Sequence record: OZ035810.1
Source: Gamaleyavirus AN24P2
Direction: 5' to 3' (one strand)
DNA length: 64,000 nt
Positions 1 to 9,746 of this stretch are shown piece by piece. Position 1 is the stretch's first letter; each line of letters opens with the position of its first letter. A model generated the notes under the pieces. It was not told the origin of the DNA, searched no databases, and saw only the letters and a list, made by a program, of their open reading frames with translations. A program made the translations under genes and the position numbers.

Positions 1-29
1 AATAGACATAACTTTGTAGCGAGATAAGT

Positions 30-719
30 ATGAGTGAACTAACTAAGCAGCAGATTGTTAATGCCCTACCTGCTAACTTCAAGAATAGTGTAACCCAGGA
101 ATTGGTGGACACAATTAACAACATAACCCAAGACCAACTGGTTGCTGAGTCCTTCCGTGAAAACTTTATCTCCTACTCTGGTGTAATGAAGGAGGGTAAG
201 TTTAAGACCCAGGACTACATGAATGCAGTTCAGTATGTGACTTACAAACACATGGGCTATTCCAATAAGGAAGCCTACTTCAAAACATTCCCTAACCGAC
301 AAGCAGAACTTGTGGCACGAGGAACCAGTGAAAAAGATATTAGTGCTTATGTATCTGCTTATCACAGAGGTAAGTTAGTTAACCTCATCATGGAACAAAG
401 TTTGGTTCCAGTGTGGATTGTGAACCAGGACAATTATCAGAAGGCAATCAATGTTCAGGTTGAACTAATGACCACAGCAGCAAGTGAAAAGGTAAGATGT
501 GATGCAGCTAACTCTATCCTTACTCACTTGGCTAAACCAAAAGACCAGGTAACGAATATCAATCTGGACTTGAGAGAGAACTCTGGATTGACCGACCTCA
601 AGGCAACACTTGCTGCATTAGCTGAACAGCAAATCAATGCAATCAATAGTGGAGTTCCTACTAAAGAGATTGCTGGTTCTAAACTAGTACGTGCAGATGA
701 GGACATTACAGATGTCTGA
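30..719 (+). CDS. hypothetical protein; possible terminase small subunit (directly upstream of and overlapping terL)
   Basis: 229-aa ORF with ATG at 30; stop overlaps the ATG at 712 of the terminase large subunit (ATGTCTGA). Function inferred from position only. Confidence 0.35.
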   Translation: MSELTKQQIVNALPANFKNSVTQELVDTINNITQDQLVAESFRENFISYSGVMKEGKFKTQDYMNAVQYVTYKHMGYSNKEAYFKTFPNRQAELVARGTSEKDISAYVSAYHRGKLVNLIMEQSLVPVWIVNQDNYQKAINVQVELMTTAASEKVRCDAANSILTHLAKPKDQVTNINLDLRENSGLTDLKATLAALAEQQINAINSGVPTKEIAGSKLVRADEDITDV

Positions 720-2301
720 GTTAATTAAGCAGGAACTTGATGAATGGCTGGACCAGGTAGACTACTCCTACCTTAATTCATCTAACTATGTTCCTAGTCA
801 GTTTGCTCTTACCTTTGCCAACTTTATTAAGTTGGTTAATGGCAAGGAAGGTGAATCCAACAAAACACCTCCAGTTCACTTGAAGATGCTGGATAAGATG
901 ATTAGTCCGAACCAGTATGTAGTTAATCTGTGTTTCCGTGGTGCAGGTAAGACTGCTGTGTTCATGGAATACTTTACTTTATTCCTGGCAGTGTTTGGTC
1001 ACTTGCCTAGTCTGGGTAAAGTAGAAGGAATGATTTACGTATCCGACTCAATGGATAACGGTGCTAAGTCTGCACGTAAGAACATTGAGTTTCGATACAA
1101 GAATAGTGAGTTCCTTCAGCAGTGGATACCTGAAGCTATCTTTACGGATAACCTGTTAGAGTTCCGTAATGCAGAAGGTCATCGACTGGGTGTTAAGTTA
1201 TTTGGTGCTAAGACCGGTCTTCGTGGTACGAAGATATATGGTAAGCGTCCTACACTTTGTATACTGGATGACCTGATTAGTGATAGTGATGCTAACTCTA
1301 AGACAAGCATGGAAGCCATTAAGGATACTGTCTATAAAGGGGTGAACCATGCTCTTGACCCTACCCGTCGTAAAGTAATTTTTAATGGTACTCCTTTTAA
1401 TAAGGAAGATATTATTATTGAAGCAGTTGAGTCCGGTGCATGGGATGTCAACGTATGGCCTGTATGTGAGAAGTTCCCTTGCAGTAGAGAAGAATTTCAG
1501 GGTGCATGGGATGACCGTTTCTCTTACGACTACATCAAAGCCCAATACGACATGGCAGTTAAGACCGGTAAGCTGGCAGGTTTCTATCAGGAACTTATGC
1601 TTCGTATTAGTTCTGAAGATGAACGACTTGTTCAGGATAGCGAAATTAAATGGTATAGCAGACAACAGCTACTAAGAATGAAGTCCTGCTACAACTATTA
1701 CATTACAACTGACTTTGCTACTTCGGAGAAACAGACCAGTGATTATAGTGTCATATCAGTTTGGGCTTATAGTTCTAATGGAGATTGGTTCTGGGTTGAT
1801 GGTGTGGCTAATCGTCAGCTTATGGATAAAAACTTTGATGACTTGTTCCGTCTGGTTCAGGAATACCAACCACAAAACGTTGGTGTCGAAATCACAGGGC
1901 AGCAGAATGGATTCATATCTCTTCTTCAGAAAGAAATGATTAATCGTAATGTCTTCTTTAACTTTGCAACCTCTGAGGGTGGTAAGCCAGGCATACGTCC
2001 TGTAACCTCTAAGCTGTCACGTTTTAACCTGGTAGTTCCCTGGTTCAAGGCTGGTAAGATGTACTTCCCGGAAGAGTTGAGAGATACAACTATTATGGGT
2101 CTGTTTATGGGCCAGATTAAACTAGCTACCATTAATGGAATAAAGGGTAAAGATGACTGTATTGATACCATCTCCATGCTGGGTTATCTCAATCCTTGGA
2201 AACCACAGGCAGGTATGACCATGGTGGATAACAAGGGTGATCCAATGTGGGATGATGAAGAGGAAGATAGCATTAATCCACTACGTTCATACATTGTGTG
2301 A
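712..2301 (+). CDS. terminase large subunit
   Basis: Walker A-like P-loop NLCFRGAGKTAV near the N-terminus and a C-terminal nuclease-like region. ORF-track start 691 is GTG; in-frame ATGs at 697 and 712, and 712 has a GAGGA RBS and overlaps the upstream stop. Confidence 0.75.
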   Translation: MSELIKQELDEWLDQVDYSYLNSSNYVPSQFALTFANFIKLVNGKEGESNKTPPVHLKMLDKMISPNQYVVNLCFRGAGKTAVFMEYFTLFLAVFGHLPSLGKVEGMIYVSDSMDNGAKSARKNIEFRYKNSEFLQQWIPEAIFTDNLLEFRNAEGHRLGVKLFGAKTGLRGTKIYGKRPTLCILDDLISDSDANSKTSMEAIKDTVYKGVNHALDPTRRKVIFNGTPFNKEDIIIEAVESGAWDVNVWPVCEKFPCSREEFQGAWDDRFSYDYIKAQYDMAVKTGKLAGFYQELMLRISSEDERLVQDSEIKWYSRQQLLRMKSCYNYYITTDFATSEKQTSDYSVISVWAYSSNGDWFWVDGVANRQLMDKNFDDLFRLVQEYQPQNVGVEITGQQNGFISLLQKEMINRNVFFNFATSEGGKPGIRPVTSKLSRFNLVVPWFKAGKMYFPEELRDTTIMGLFMGQIKLATINGIKGKDDCIDTISMLGYLNPWKPQAGMTMVDNKGDPMWDDEEEDSINPLRSYIV

Positions 2302-2307
2302 GGAAAC

Positions 2308-3015
2308 ATGATTAAGTTAACAGAGTTATATAAGAGTCTGGCTCTGTCTGTCTTGAATAACACCAGTGTGATAACTGATGACAAGAAAGACATTGAACCA
2401 GATAAAAAGGAATACATCCTTGAGTTTATTAATGAGGGACTAACTCGTTTACATGGACGGTTCCCATTAAAGACACGCAATGTATTCGTTGAAATGCGTG
2501 AGGGCAGAACTGAGTACCCTTTACTGGCTCGCTATTCCTTTACTGGATTTGACCCTACACTAGCACAGTACCCATACATTATGGATTCTGCTAGTAACCC
2601 TTTTAAGGAAGACGTTATTAAAATCCTGGTAGTGTATGATTCAAAAGGACACAGACGTGGGTTGAATGATAATCACAATCCGCATGGATTGTTTACTCCA
2701 CGTCCCGATACGTTACAGTGTATTCGTCCTCGTCATTGCGAAGTACTTACGGTAACCTATCAAGCGAAACACCCAACTGTTACTGTAGATGGTGAGGACC
2801 AGGAGATTGATTTACCTGATACCCTACTGCCTGCTTTAAAGTACTGGGTAGCATATAGTTACTACACTGGACTCAATACTGCCGAAAGTACTAGCAAAGC
2901 TACGGAGTATCTACAAATGTACGAATCAATATGTGGAGAGGTTAAGGATTACGACCTTGGAAGCAGCAGTGAGTCCAGTACCAATACACTATTTGAAATA
3001 AGAGGATGGATATGA
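2308..3015 (+). CDS. virion structural protein (N4 gp67-like by position)
   Basis: 235-aa ORF with AGGAAA RBS, between terminase and tail fibre genes. Confidence 0.4.
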   Translation: MIKLTELYKSLALSVLNNTSVITDDKKDIEPDKKEYILEFINEGLTRLHGRFPLKTRNVFVEMREGRTEYPLLARYSFTGFDPTLAQYPYIMDSASNPFKEDVIKILVVYDSKGHRRGLNDNHNPHGLFTPRPDTLQCIRPRHCEVLTVTYQAKHPTVTVDGEDQEIDLPDTLLPALKYWVAYSYYTGLNTAESTSKATEYLQMYESICGEVKDYDLGSSSESSTNTLFEIRGWI

Positions 3016-5282
3016 ATTCTCATAACCCATTTAATACGGGCAGTAACGGTTACTCCAATGACTTTTGTTCTGCTGACTCATTAGTAGATCGAATCATTGG
3101 GGATGCCTACCACGTAGTTAAGGAAGTTTACTTAGCACTGGATAACCTTACCTACATCTATAATTACCTACAGAAGTATGGCTTGATTATTACTGTAGAT
3201 AGTGAAGAGGCAATCAAGGATATCCCTTTATCAATTGGGAAGTTTGCTCGTGTCTACAATAAGTCTGAGTCAGTTGGTTACTACTTTACTGACTATCTTT
3301 ATGTAGATGATGATACCAGTGGCATTAGACCAAATGAACCAGGTGCTACTGGTTCTTGGGTTAGTACCAAAGCTACTGGTTCCAATGCCTCGTTTGTTCG
3401 CATTTGGAAATATCGGGCTAAGACTGATGGTGTTACGTCTATAAAGCTACCCACGGATGTTCCAATTGTTGGGGTGCAGACTATTTACGTGGAGGGGGTA
3501 AGACAGGATATCAATGAAGGTTTTTCCTACAATGAGGGTACTGCTACAATCACACTGGCTGACTCCTTAGAAGTTGGTAATCTGGTTACAGTTATTATAG
3601 GTGTAAATGACCCAGATATGGATGTGGATGTTTTCGCTATACTTAAGAATAGTGATGGTGCATCTAATATCGGTACTCAGTCTGGGGAAACTGTACAACA
3701 AGTTATCGACAGAAATTATGCGAATTTACGTGAGCATTGGCGTCGTCAACTTGCAGAAGCTGGCCTTAACCTTGTCGATGGTAGTTTTGAATACGGGGCT
3801 GAAGTGAGTACCCCCACGGATGCTGTTTGGTATATTGCTGAGGGTCAGTGCTATACGTGGGGGGGTTCACTGCCTAAATCTGTACCTGTAAATTCTAATC
3901 CAGAGAACTCTGGTGGAATTTCAGAAGACGGATGGAATAGTGTGACCTCTCAGTCAACACTGACGGTACTGGCTAAGTCTACTGGTGCACAGAAATCTGG
4001 GTATCGTTATAGTGATGTTTACTCCGTACTCTCCCGGTTTATGGCATACCAGGATCATAATATAGCTCAACCGGCACTAGGCCGTGATGAATCAACAAAC
4101 CAAACCATTTGGGATGCACAATCACAACTTGACTTAAAGCATCGTGGGGGTATTTTCGCAGGCAAGGAAACATATGGTATCCGTGAAAATTCTACCGTAG
4201 CATCATTCAGGGCTAACACAGGTACTGGTAGTGCATTTGTCCCTCAAGTAGCTGGAAGCGACGACCTTGCTGTGCTTGCACAAGCAGGTGCTATGGATAG
4301 CGTAGCTGTTTTCGCTGACACATGGTTAGGCGAATATAACTCATGGGAAGATATTGCTACAGCAAACTATACCGCAACTAGTTTTACCGTTAGCGATGCT
4401 TCATTGCTTGAAAAGGTGAAAGTTGGGCAATTTCTAATGACCAAACATTCATCTAGATATGTTGGCCTAGTAACTGGTATTTCAGGTGCTACTGTAACCG
4501 TCCAGAAGTGGGTTATTTATGGAACTTCAACAGTTGGAACGCCAGCTGATGGTGTCGGCTTATATGTAAACCCTGTTATAAAAGGCTGGGCAGTAAATGC
4601 TAATGTCCTTATAGGTCCCAACAGTAGAGCAGAGAAATGTGCATTATTTGAGTTTGGTCTTCAGAATAATGGAATACCTGATACTGCTCTCATTACTGGG
4701 GGGGACATAGTAGCTCTCAATGCGACTTATGGGGGTGGGGATGGTCTGCGAGTGAGAGGGACTTCAGCGACAGGAAGATGGACCAACGGTGTAAGTGCAT
4801 CTGGGGGTAGCTCTACAAATTTCCGGTCTTCTACAGGGCAAGGCCCTAGTAGTCTAGCTGCATTTTTAGAAGAGTCTGATTCTGCTACAGGGTTTCTTTT
4901 CAAGGGTAAGAACACTTCCCGATCAATTTCATGGCAGAATGCGTCTGGTGTTGAACAAGCTGCCTTAGCTCCTTATGGATTTGAGATTAAAGGTGGGAAG
5001 GGATTGAGTACCGCAGTGTCTGGAAATGCAGTCACTGCTGGTGGTAAGGTTGTAGTACAAAATTCATCGGCGTTTGCTTTAGTACTGCCGGACGCCAGTA
5101 ATTTCACGGCTGGTCGAGAGATTCACTTTATCGCTACTGGTGTTAGCCCTATCACTATTACTAGTGCACAACCAGGGGGTACTGTTAATGGTAACTCTAG
5201 CGTAATTATTACACCTACTTATGGCTTCTCAGAAATGACAGCTACATATGCAGGTGGTGGATTATGGTATGTTACAAGGTAA
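3006..5282 (+). CDS. tail fibre / appendage protein
   Basis: 758-aa protein rich in Gly/Ser/Thr, with an N-terminal ~150-aa region typical of a virion-attachment domain; precedes a second spike gene. Confidence 0.5.
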   Translation: MDMNSHNPFNTGSNGYSNDFCSADSLVDRIIGDAYHVVKEVYLALDNLTYIYNYLQKYGLIITVDSEEAIKDIPLSIGKFARVYNKSESVGYYFTDYLYVDDDTSGIRPNEPGATGSWVSTKATGSNASFVRIWKYRAKTDGVTSIKLPTDVPIVGVQTIYVEGVRQDINEGFSYNEGTATITLADSLEVGNLVTVIIGVNDPDMDVDVFAILKNSDGASNIGTQSGETVQQVIDRNYANLREHWRRQLAEAGLNLVDGSFEYGAEVSTPTDAVWYIAEGQCYTWGGSLPKSVPVNSNPENSGGISEDGWNSVTSQSTLTVLAKSTGAQKSGYRYSDVYSVLSRFMAYQDHNIAQPALGRDESTNQTIWDAQSQLDLKHRGGIFAGKETYGIRENSTVASFRANTGTGSAFVPQVAGSDDLAVLAQAGAMDSVAVFADTWLGEYNSWEDIATANYTATSFTVSDASLLEKVKVGQFLMTKHSSRYVGLVTGISGATVTVQKWVIYGTSTVGTPADGVGLYVNPVIKGWAVNANVLIGPNSRAEKCALFEFGLQNNGIPDTALITGGDIVALNATYGGGDGLRVRGTSATGRWTNGVSASGGSSTNFRSSTGQGPSSLAAFLEESDSATGFLFKGKNTSRSISWQNASGVEQAALAPYGFEIKGGKGLSTAVSGNAVTAGGKVVVQNSSAFALVLPDASNFTAGREIHFIATGVSPITITSAQPGGTVNGNSSVIITPTYGFSEMTATYAGGGLWYVTR

Positions 5283-5317
5283 TATTAACTCATAACTACC
5301 CAATTCATTATGAGCAA

Positions 5318-5341
5318 ACCCCCGCTTCGGCGGGGTATTTT
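5318..5341 (+). terminator. rho-independent terminator-like hairpin between the two tail fibre genes
   Basis: CCCCGC-TTCG-GCGGGG stem-loop followed by ATTTT. Confidence 0.4.
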
Positions 5342-5366
5342 AAAACTACAACATGAGGAATAACCC

Positions 5367-7670
5367 ATGAATAAGACTTTTACGCAGCCTACTGGCCCAG
5401 TGGCCAAGCAGACTAACAAACAAGCTATAGCTAGATTGCTTGGAATAAAAACAGCACAGGTAGGATATTTAAACACATCTACCCCTACTGAAGCATACTC
5501 TGTGCTATATGATGAAGTTTCACAGTTGCCTTTTTATAGGGGCAATGCTACGGGTACTCCTATTTCGTGGTTATACAATGCTACCCTGAATGTGCTGGAT
5601 ATAACAACTACAGCTGGGTCTTACTCATTAGTGTTGGCTAATAAAGTCATAGAGTTAAAAAATGACTTAGCATCTGAAGATGCAGGTAAAGGGGCTGATA
5701 CAATTAAAGTTCGCAAAGGCAGGGCAAGCGTTACACCCAGTCGCACAGTAGCAGAAATGCTTCTGGATGGTATGGCAGGTTTACGTAAAAACTTCGGAGC
5801 AATCGGTAATGGTATAGCTGATGATACTAACGCTATCAACGATATGTGGGAATGTATGTATGATGCATCCTACAAAAGATTTGGAGCACTTACTGATGAG
5901 GCAGCCATCGGTTTTATGCTTCAAAAAGGTCCAGCCTGCTTGGTTGAAAATGGGGTGTATGTCTACTCTGGTCCTGGTTTAACTTTACCTAGTGGTTCTG
6001 CATTTGTAATGAATATCCATGGTGAAAGCGCTCTTTCATCTAAGTTCCTTATTACCTCAGATGCTTATCTTTTTGATTTGGATAATAACCCAGTACATAG
6101 TTATTTGGGTAAATTAACTATCCATGGGGGAAGAGGGGCTGTACGAATGAAATCCAATGCCCGAACTACGGCGGGTATTCATCTATTTGAGCATCTACGC
6201 TTATCTCGTTTTAGTGAATGTGGTATCAGTAATAACTCCATAGATATGCCATACTTTCGTGTAAGGGATTCAATTTTTTATGGTGGCTTATCTTCCCAGG
6301 CTATCGGTGTTTGCGTATCAGGGTTATCCGCTGGGGGTTATATCAGGGATAACTTATTTTCTGATTTACGTTATGGAATTAAATTAGCTATTGGTCGCCA
6401 AGGTACTAGCGTAGTTAATGGACCGGCTACACCATATAATATTGAAGGTAACGATTTTTATCGTACCGGTAATCGTGGTGCCATAGACCCAGATACGCAA
6501 GAATTTGTTCAGTATGCATCTTATGATGTATGGATTGAACCAGGAGCTACTGCAACCAACTCTGGCCGTGCTATTAGATTTGCAGGCAATAAGTTTGGTC
6601 AGGAATACTTAGTATCCCCAGATTCGCATGTACTTATTGCAGATGCTGCTACCCTGGGTGCTACAGACTCCCTCAATGGGGATAAGGCCCATGTTGAGAC
6701 ACTAAGTACTGGATTTGTATCTGGTTTGCTTTTTGAGGGCAATAACGTTAATTCAGCCAATGGTTCTTATATTGCTCCCTTTATAAGGTCATTCACTCCT
6801 AACGTTGGTAACTGTTATGTTGGTGATTTATATGACAATGATATGCCATCCCGCATTATTGAATACTCACCGTTAGTAACCCAAGCATCGATTACTAATC
6901 TGGCTCGTACTAACATTTTTGCTCCTAAATCTTGTTTGGGTTTGCAAAAGGGTGTAGAGCCTAAGCTAATTTCTAACTTAAATGATGTATTCAAAGTTCT
7001 GGATACTAATAACTGGTACGCCGGGCATCCGCAAGTACCCACCCCATTGGTAGGTGCTCAGCAGTCTAACTTTGTGTCTCTGTATGCGGGACCAACTAGT
7101 GGGTTAACTGTGGCAGATGCTACTAAAACATCTGTTAATAACTCTTACGGAGGTGTATACGAAGCTTCTGAAATAACCCTGGCTTCGGGTGGGCGAGCTT
7201 ATACTGTTGTTTCTGGTATGGTAGCTGGGCAGCAACACTACATTGATTTTGAACTAAAACGCGGAAGCTCTAACCCAGTGCAGAGTGTTAAAGTTGAAAT
7301 TCTCAGCACAGATACTACAGTTCTGTACCTTCGCAGAATAATCCTTATCGATACAATCTCCCGGTGGCAAAGGGTAATATTACCATTTATCCCTTCGGTA
7401 TCTGGTCAAGTAATTGTAAGATTCACTTCTTCCACTTTTATCGAGGGCTCTGCTACTAACTTCATAGTAGGTAATCTTAATGTTTATATAAACAATAACC
7501 CCATCAATACAGGGCACAATGGTGGGTTAGGTGGAACTTGGTCTATTCAGCACACTGTGCGAGGTAATCGCCATGAATGGTATGATGCTTCAGGCAATTT
7601 ACGTGCTAAAGTAGGTGCCCCAACTTCAGCAACTGATGGAGTTATCATTAGTGCTAATCCTGTAATTTGA
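5367..7670 (+). CDS. tailspike protein with pectate-lyase-like beta-helix (putative polysaccharide depolymerase)
   Basis: 767-aa protein; motif NFGAIGNGIADDTNAINDMWE matches the N-terminal signature of pectate-lyase-3-type tailspikes (FGAxGDGxxDDTxAIQ); repetitive beta-rich composition. Confidence 0.6.
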   Translation: MNKTFTQPTGPVAKQTNKQAIARLLGIKTAQVGYLNTSTPTEAYSVLYDEVSQLPFYRGNATGTPISWLYNATLNVLDITTTAGSYSLVLANKVIELKNDLASEDAGKGADTIKVRKGRASVTPSRTVAEMLLDGMAGLRKNFGAIGNGIADDTNAINDMWECMYDASYKRFGALTDEAAIGFMLQKGPACLVENGVYVYSGPGLTLPSGSAFVMNIHGESALSSKFLITSDAYLFDLDNNPVHSYLGKLTIHGGRGAVRMKSNARTTAGIHLFEHLRLSRFSECGISNNSIDMPYFRVRDSIFYGGLSSQAIGVCVSGLSAGGYIRDNLFSDLRYGIKLAIGRQGTSVVNGPATPYNIEGNDFYRTGNRGAIDPDTQEFVQYASYDVWIEPGATATNSGRAIRFAGNKFGQEYLVSPDSHVLIADAATLGATDSLNGDKAHVETLSTGFVSGLLFEGNNVNSANGSYIAPFIRSFTPNVGNCYVGDLYDNDMPSRIIEYSPLVTQASITNLARTNIFAPKSCLGLQKGVEPKLISNLNDVFKVLDTNNWYAGHPQVPTPLVGAQQSNFVSLYAGPTSGLTVADATKTSVNNSYGGVYEASEITLASGGRAYTVVSGMVAGQQHYIDFELKRGSSNPVQSVKVEILSTDTTVLYLRRIILIDTISRWQRVILPFIPSVSGQVIVRFTSSTFIEGSATNFIVGNLNVYINNNPINTGHNGGLGGTWSIQHTVRGNRHEWYDASGNLRAKVGAPTSATDGVIISANPVI

Positions 7671-7677
7671 GGTGATT

Positions 7678-7932
7678 ATGGCTCTAAAATTTACTTTTGA
7701 CTTTAATGGTATTATGGTAACCGATGGGGTACTTACTGTAAGCAAACCCATGATTGATGAGGAATCTGGAACAATTACCTTTGGGCTACTGTTCCAAGCA
7801 ACTAGTGCAGACCCGCTACTGAAATCAGTAACGCTTAGTTGTCCCTATGATCCTTTTGGAGCTGACCCATTCACTCAGGCATACGCCTATATAAAATCCT
7901 TACCAGATTATAAATCTGCCGAGGAAATTTAA
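7678..7932 (+). CDS. small hypothetical protein downstream of tailspike (possible assembly chaperone)
   Basis: ORF-track start 7672 is GTG; ATG at 7678 has a GAGGTG RBS. Followed by a terminator. Confidence 0.35.
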   Translation: MALKFTFDFNGIMVTDGVLTVSKPMIDEESGTITFGLLFQATSADPLLKSVTLSCPYDPFGADPFTQAYAYIKSLPDYKSAEEI

Positions 7933-7958
7933 TAAAAGCCCCTTACGGGGCTTTTCTT
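7933..7958 (+). terminator. rho-independent terminator
   Basis: AAAAGCCCC-TTAC-GGGGCTTTT hairpin followed by CTTCT. Confidence 0.6.
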
Positions 7959-8054
7959 CTACCCCACTCTACTATAAATAAGTATTATCTTTTGGTCAGA
8001 CTCTTCTGATACGTCCCAAATGGGTATCATTAAAGAAACATTAAGGACTTTCTC

Positions 8055-8387
8055 ATGAGCGATGAATCGACTTCGGTTCTTCTTGCCCGATTGGAGGAAA
8101 GACTGGAAACATTATTTAAGAACCAAGAAAAGGAGGAGCGTTCCAAAGATAAACTGGAACAAACTCTATCTGGTTTAAGGGAGTCTGTTCAGCAAATGGA
8201 AGGCAGACTTAAAAACGTAGAGGATAGCCTTGCTAAGTCTGAACCTACTATCGAAGAGTTTATTACCATAAAGCATAAAGTTGCTGGTGCTGGAATTTTT
8301 GGTAAGTGGGTATGGGCTATAGCAGGTGCAATCATTGGTGTATTGGCTGCTGCAAGACGGGAGATATTCGCATGGTTCGCAGGTTAA
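8055..8387 (+). CDS. membrane-anchored coiled-coil protein (first gene of lysis region)
   Basis: 110 aa; N-terminal charged helical region and C-terminal hydrophobic segment WVWAIAGAIIGVLAAA; AAGGA RBS. Confidence 0.4.
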   Translation: MSDESTSVLLARLEERLETLFKNQEKEERSKDKLEQTLSGLRESVQQMEGRLKNVEDSLAKSEPTIEEFITIKHKVAGAGIFGKWVWAIAGAIIGVLAAARREIFAWFAG

Positions 8388-8632
8388 AAAGAAAGATAGA
8401 GCTAGTACCTAATTGGAAGAAGTCCTGGAAATGGGCATCTGTTCAGATTAGTACGTTTGGTTTAATTCTGTTTTCTGCTGTAGATATCATCCAACCAATG
8501 GTGACGGGACTACCTCGTCACATCCTGGAAGATATTCCTCATGGTTCCAATATTGCAATCGCACTGTTTGCCTTAAACATCATGGGTAGATTGATACGAT
8601 TCCGTCCAAAGGAAGATTCACATGAAAGCTAA
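8372..8632 (+). CDS. putative holin (two transmembrane segments)
   Basis: In-frame ATG at 8372 inside ORF 8306..8632; two hydrophobic stretches (ISTFGLILFSAVDII and IAIALFALNIMG); immediately upstream of and overlapping the endolysin. Confidence 0.4.
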   Translation: MVRRLKRKIELVPNWKKSWKWASVQISTFGLILFSAVDIIQPMVTGLPRHILEDIPHGSNIAIALFALNIMGRLIRFRPKEDSHES

Positions 8633-9257
8633 ACAGAAACTTGCTGCAAAAGGTGGTGCAGTGGGAGGGGTTATCGCTGCTATTCTGGGGGCAGTGTTTT
8701 ATATGGAAGGAGGGTATGTAAATAATCCTCGTGACCCAGGTGGTGAAACTAATCATGGTATTACCCAAGCTGTAGCTAAATCCCATAAAGAAGTTCTGGC
8801 TACTGAGTATGGTTGGGATGGTTCTATGAAGGGTTTATCTAAAGAGATGGCTGCTGAGATATACATTGATGACTACGTACTTAAGCCTAATTTCGTAGCC
8901 TTCGCTAATATATCTCCTGCTATAACACACAAACTGGTTGATGCTGGTGTTAACACAGGTGTAACCAGACCAGCTAAGTGGTTGCAGCAATCCCTCAATG
9001 AAATGTCCCGTAATGGCAAAGACTACCCTAAAATACAGGTTGATGGTAAAGTCGGTGCAAGTACTGTTAATGCATATAAAGCATTACAGAAAAAGCGAGG
9101 CAAAGTTGCAGCATGTCGGGTAATGATTAAGTTACTTGATGCTAAACAACTGAACCATTACACCTCATTAAACATGCCGGATTTTACGTATGGTTGGGTA
9201 GCTAACCGAATTGGCAATGTGCCACTGGAGGCATGTAATGAAGATGCTAATCTCTAA
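8622..9257 (+). CDS. endolysin, GH108-type muramidase with C-terminal peptidoglycan-binding region and SAR-like N-terminus
   Basis: Motif EGGYVNNPRDPGGETNHGITQ is the GH108 catalytic signature; preceded by a Gly/Ala-rich weakly hydrophobic stretch GGAVGGVIAAILGAVF. Confidence 0.75.
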   Translation: MKAKQKLAAKGGAVGGVIAAILGAVFYMEGGYVNNPRDPGGETNHGITQAVAKSHKEVLATEYGWDGSMKGLSKEMAAEIYIDDYVLKPNFVAFANISPAITHKLVDAGVNTGVTRPAKWLQQSLNEMSRNGKDYPKIQVDGKVGASTVNAYKALQKKRGKVAACRVMIKLLDAKQLNHYTSLNMPDFTYGWVANRIGNVPLEACNEDANL

Positions 9258-9744
9258 AGGTTGGCCTTATCTTCTGGTGGTGGTCCTTGGGGCCACCATG
9301 TACTTTTGGGGTAATTCCAACGGACAGTCTACTGTTCAAAAGAAGTGGGATGACCAAAAGGCTGAAGACCTAAAGACAACGCAAAAATTGCAGGATAAAT
9401 ACAATGCTCTCCAAAGAAACCATAGTTATGAAGTCGGGATACTCACTTCACGGTTGCAGACGGCTGAAAGTAATTACGCAAGCGAGCTTGCTCGCGTTAG
9501 CAGTGATTACGACAGCCGGATGCAACAGTCTGAAAGACGAGCATCGGTATATAAACGTCAAGCCGAAGCCGGAACCCTTGAGTGCAGAAGTCTTGCAAGC
9601 TATGCAGCCAGACTCGACAACAGTCTTGAAGAAGGCAGACGTTTGGTTGAAGAACTCCAGGCAACTGTTAGACTCCGTGACAACCAACTAATTGAGTTGG
9701 GTAAACAAATTCAGGCTGACCGTAAACTTTTTGAACAGGAATAA
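9238..9744 (+). CDS. i-spanin (Rz-like)
   Basis: ATG at 9238 with GGAGG RBS; N-terminal TM helix [22 protein letters not shown] then a coiled-coil-prone periplasmic domain. Confidence 0.6.
   Translation: MKMLISKGWPYLLVVVLGATMYFWGNSNGQSTVQKKWDDQKAEDLKTTQKLQDKYNALQRNHSYEVGILTSRLQTAESNYASELARVSSDYDSRMQQSERRASVYKRQAEAGTLECRSLASYAARLDNSLEEGRRLVEELQATVRLRDNQLIELGKQIQADRKLFEQE
9428..9691 (+). CDS. o-spanin (Rz1-like lipoprotein) embedded in the i-spanin gene in another frame
   Basis: ATG at 9428; signal peptide with RR n-region, hydrophobic [10 protein letters not shown] and lipobox-like TAGC, followed by a Pro-rich segment KPKPEP. Confidence 0.55.
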   Translation: MKSGYSLHGCRRLKVITQASLLALAVITTAGCNSLKDEHRYINVKPKPEPLSAEVLQAMQPDSTTVLKKADVWLKNSRQLLDSVTTN

Positions 9745-9746
9745 CT

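Noticed and set aside
8306-8371. Upstream extension of the holin candidate to the ORF-track start at 8306
   Set aside because: The extension is Cys/Gly-rich, fully overlaps the preceding gene and has no RBS; the internal ATG at 8372 is more plausible.
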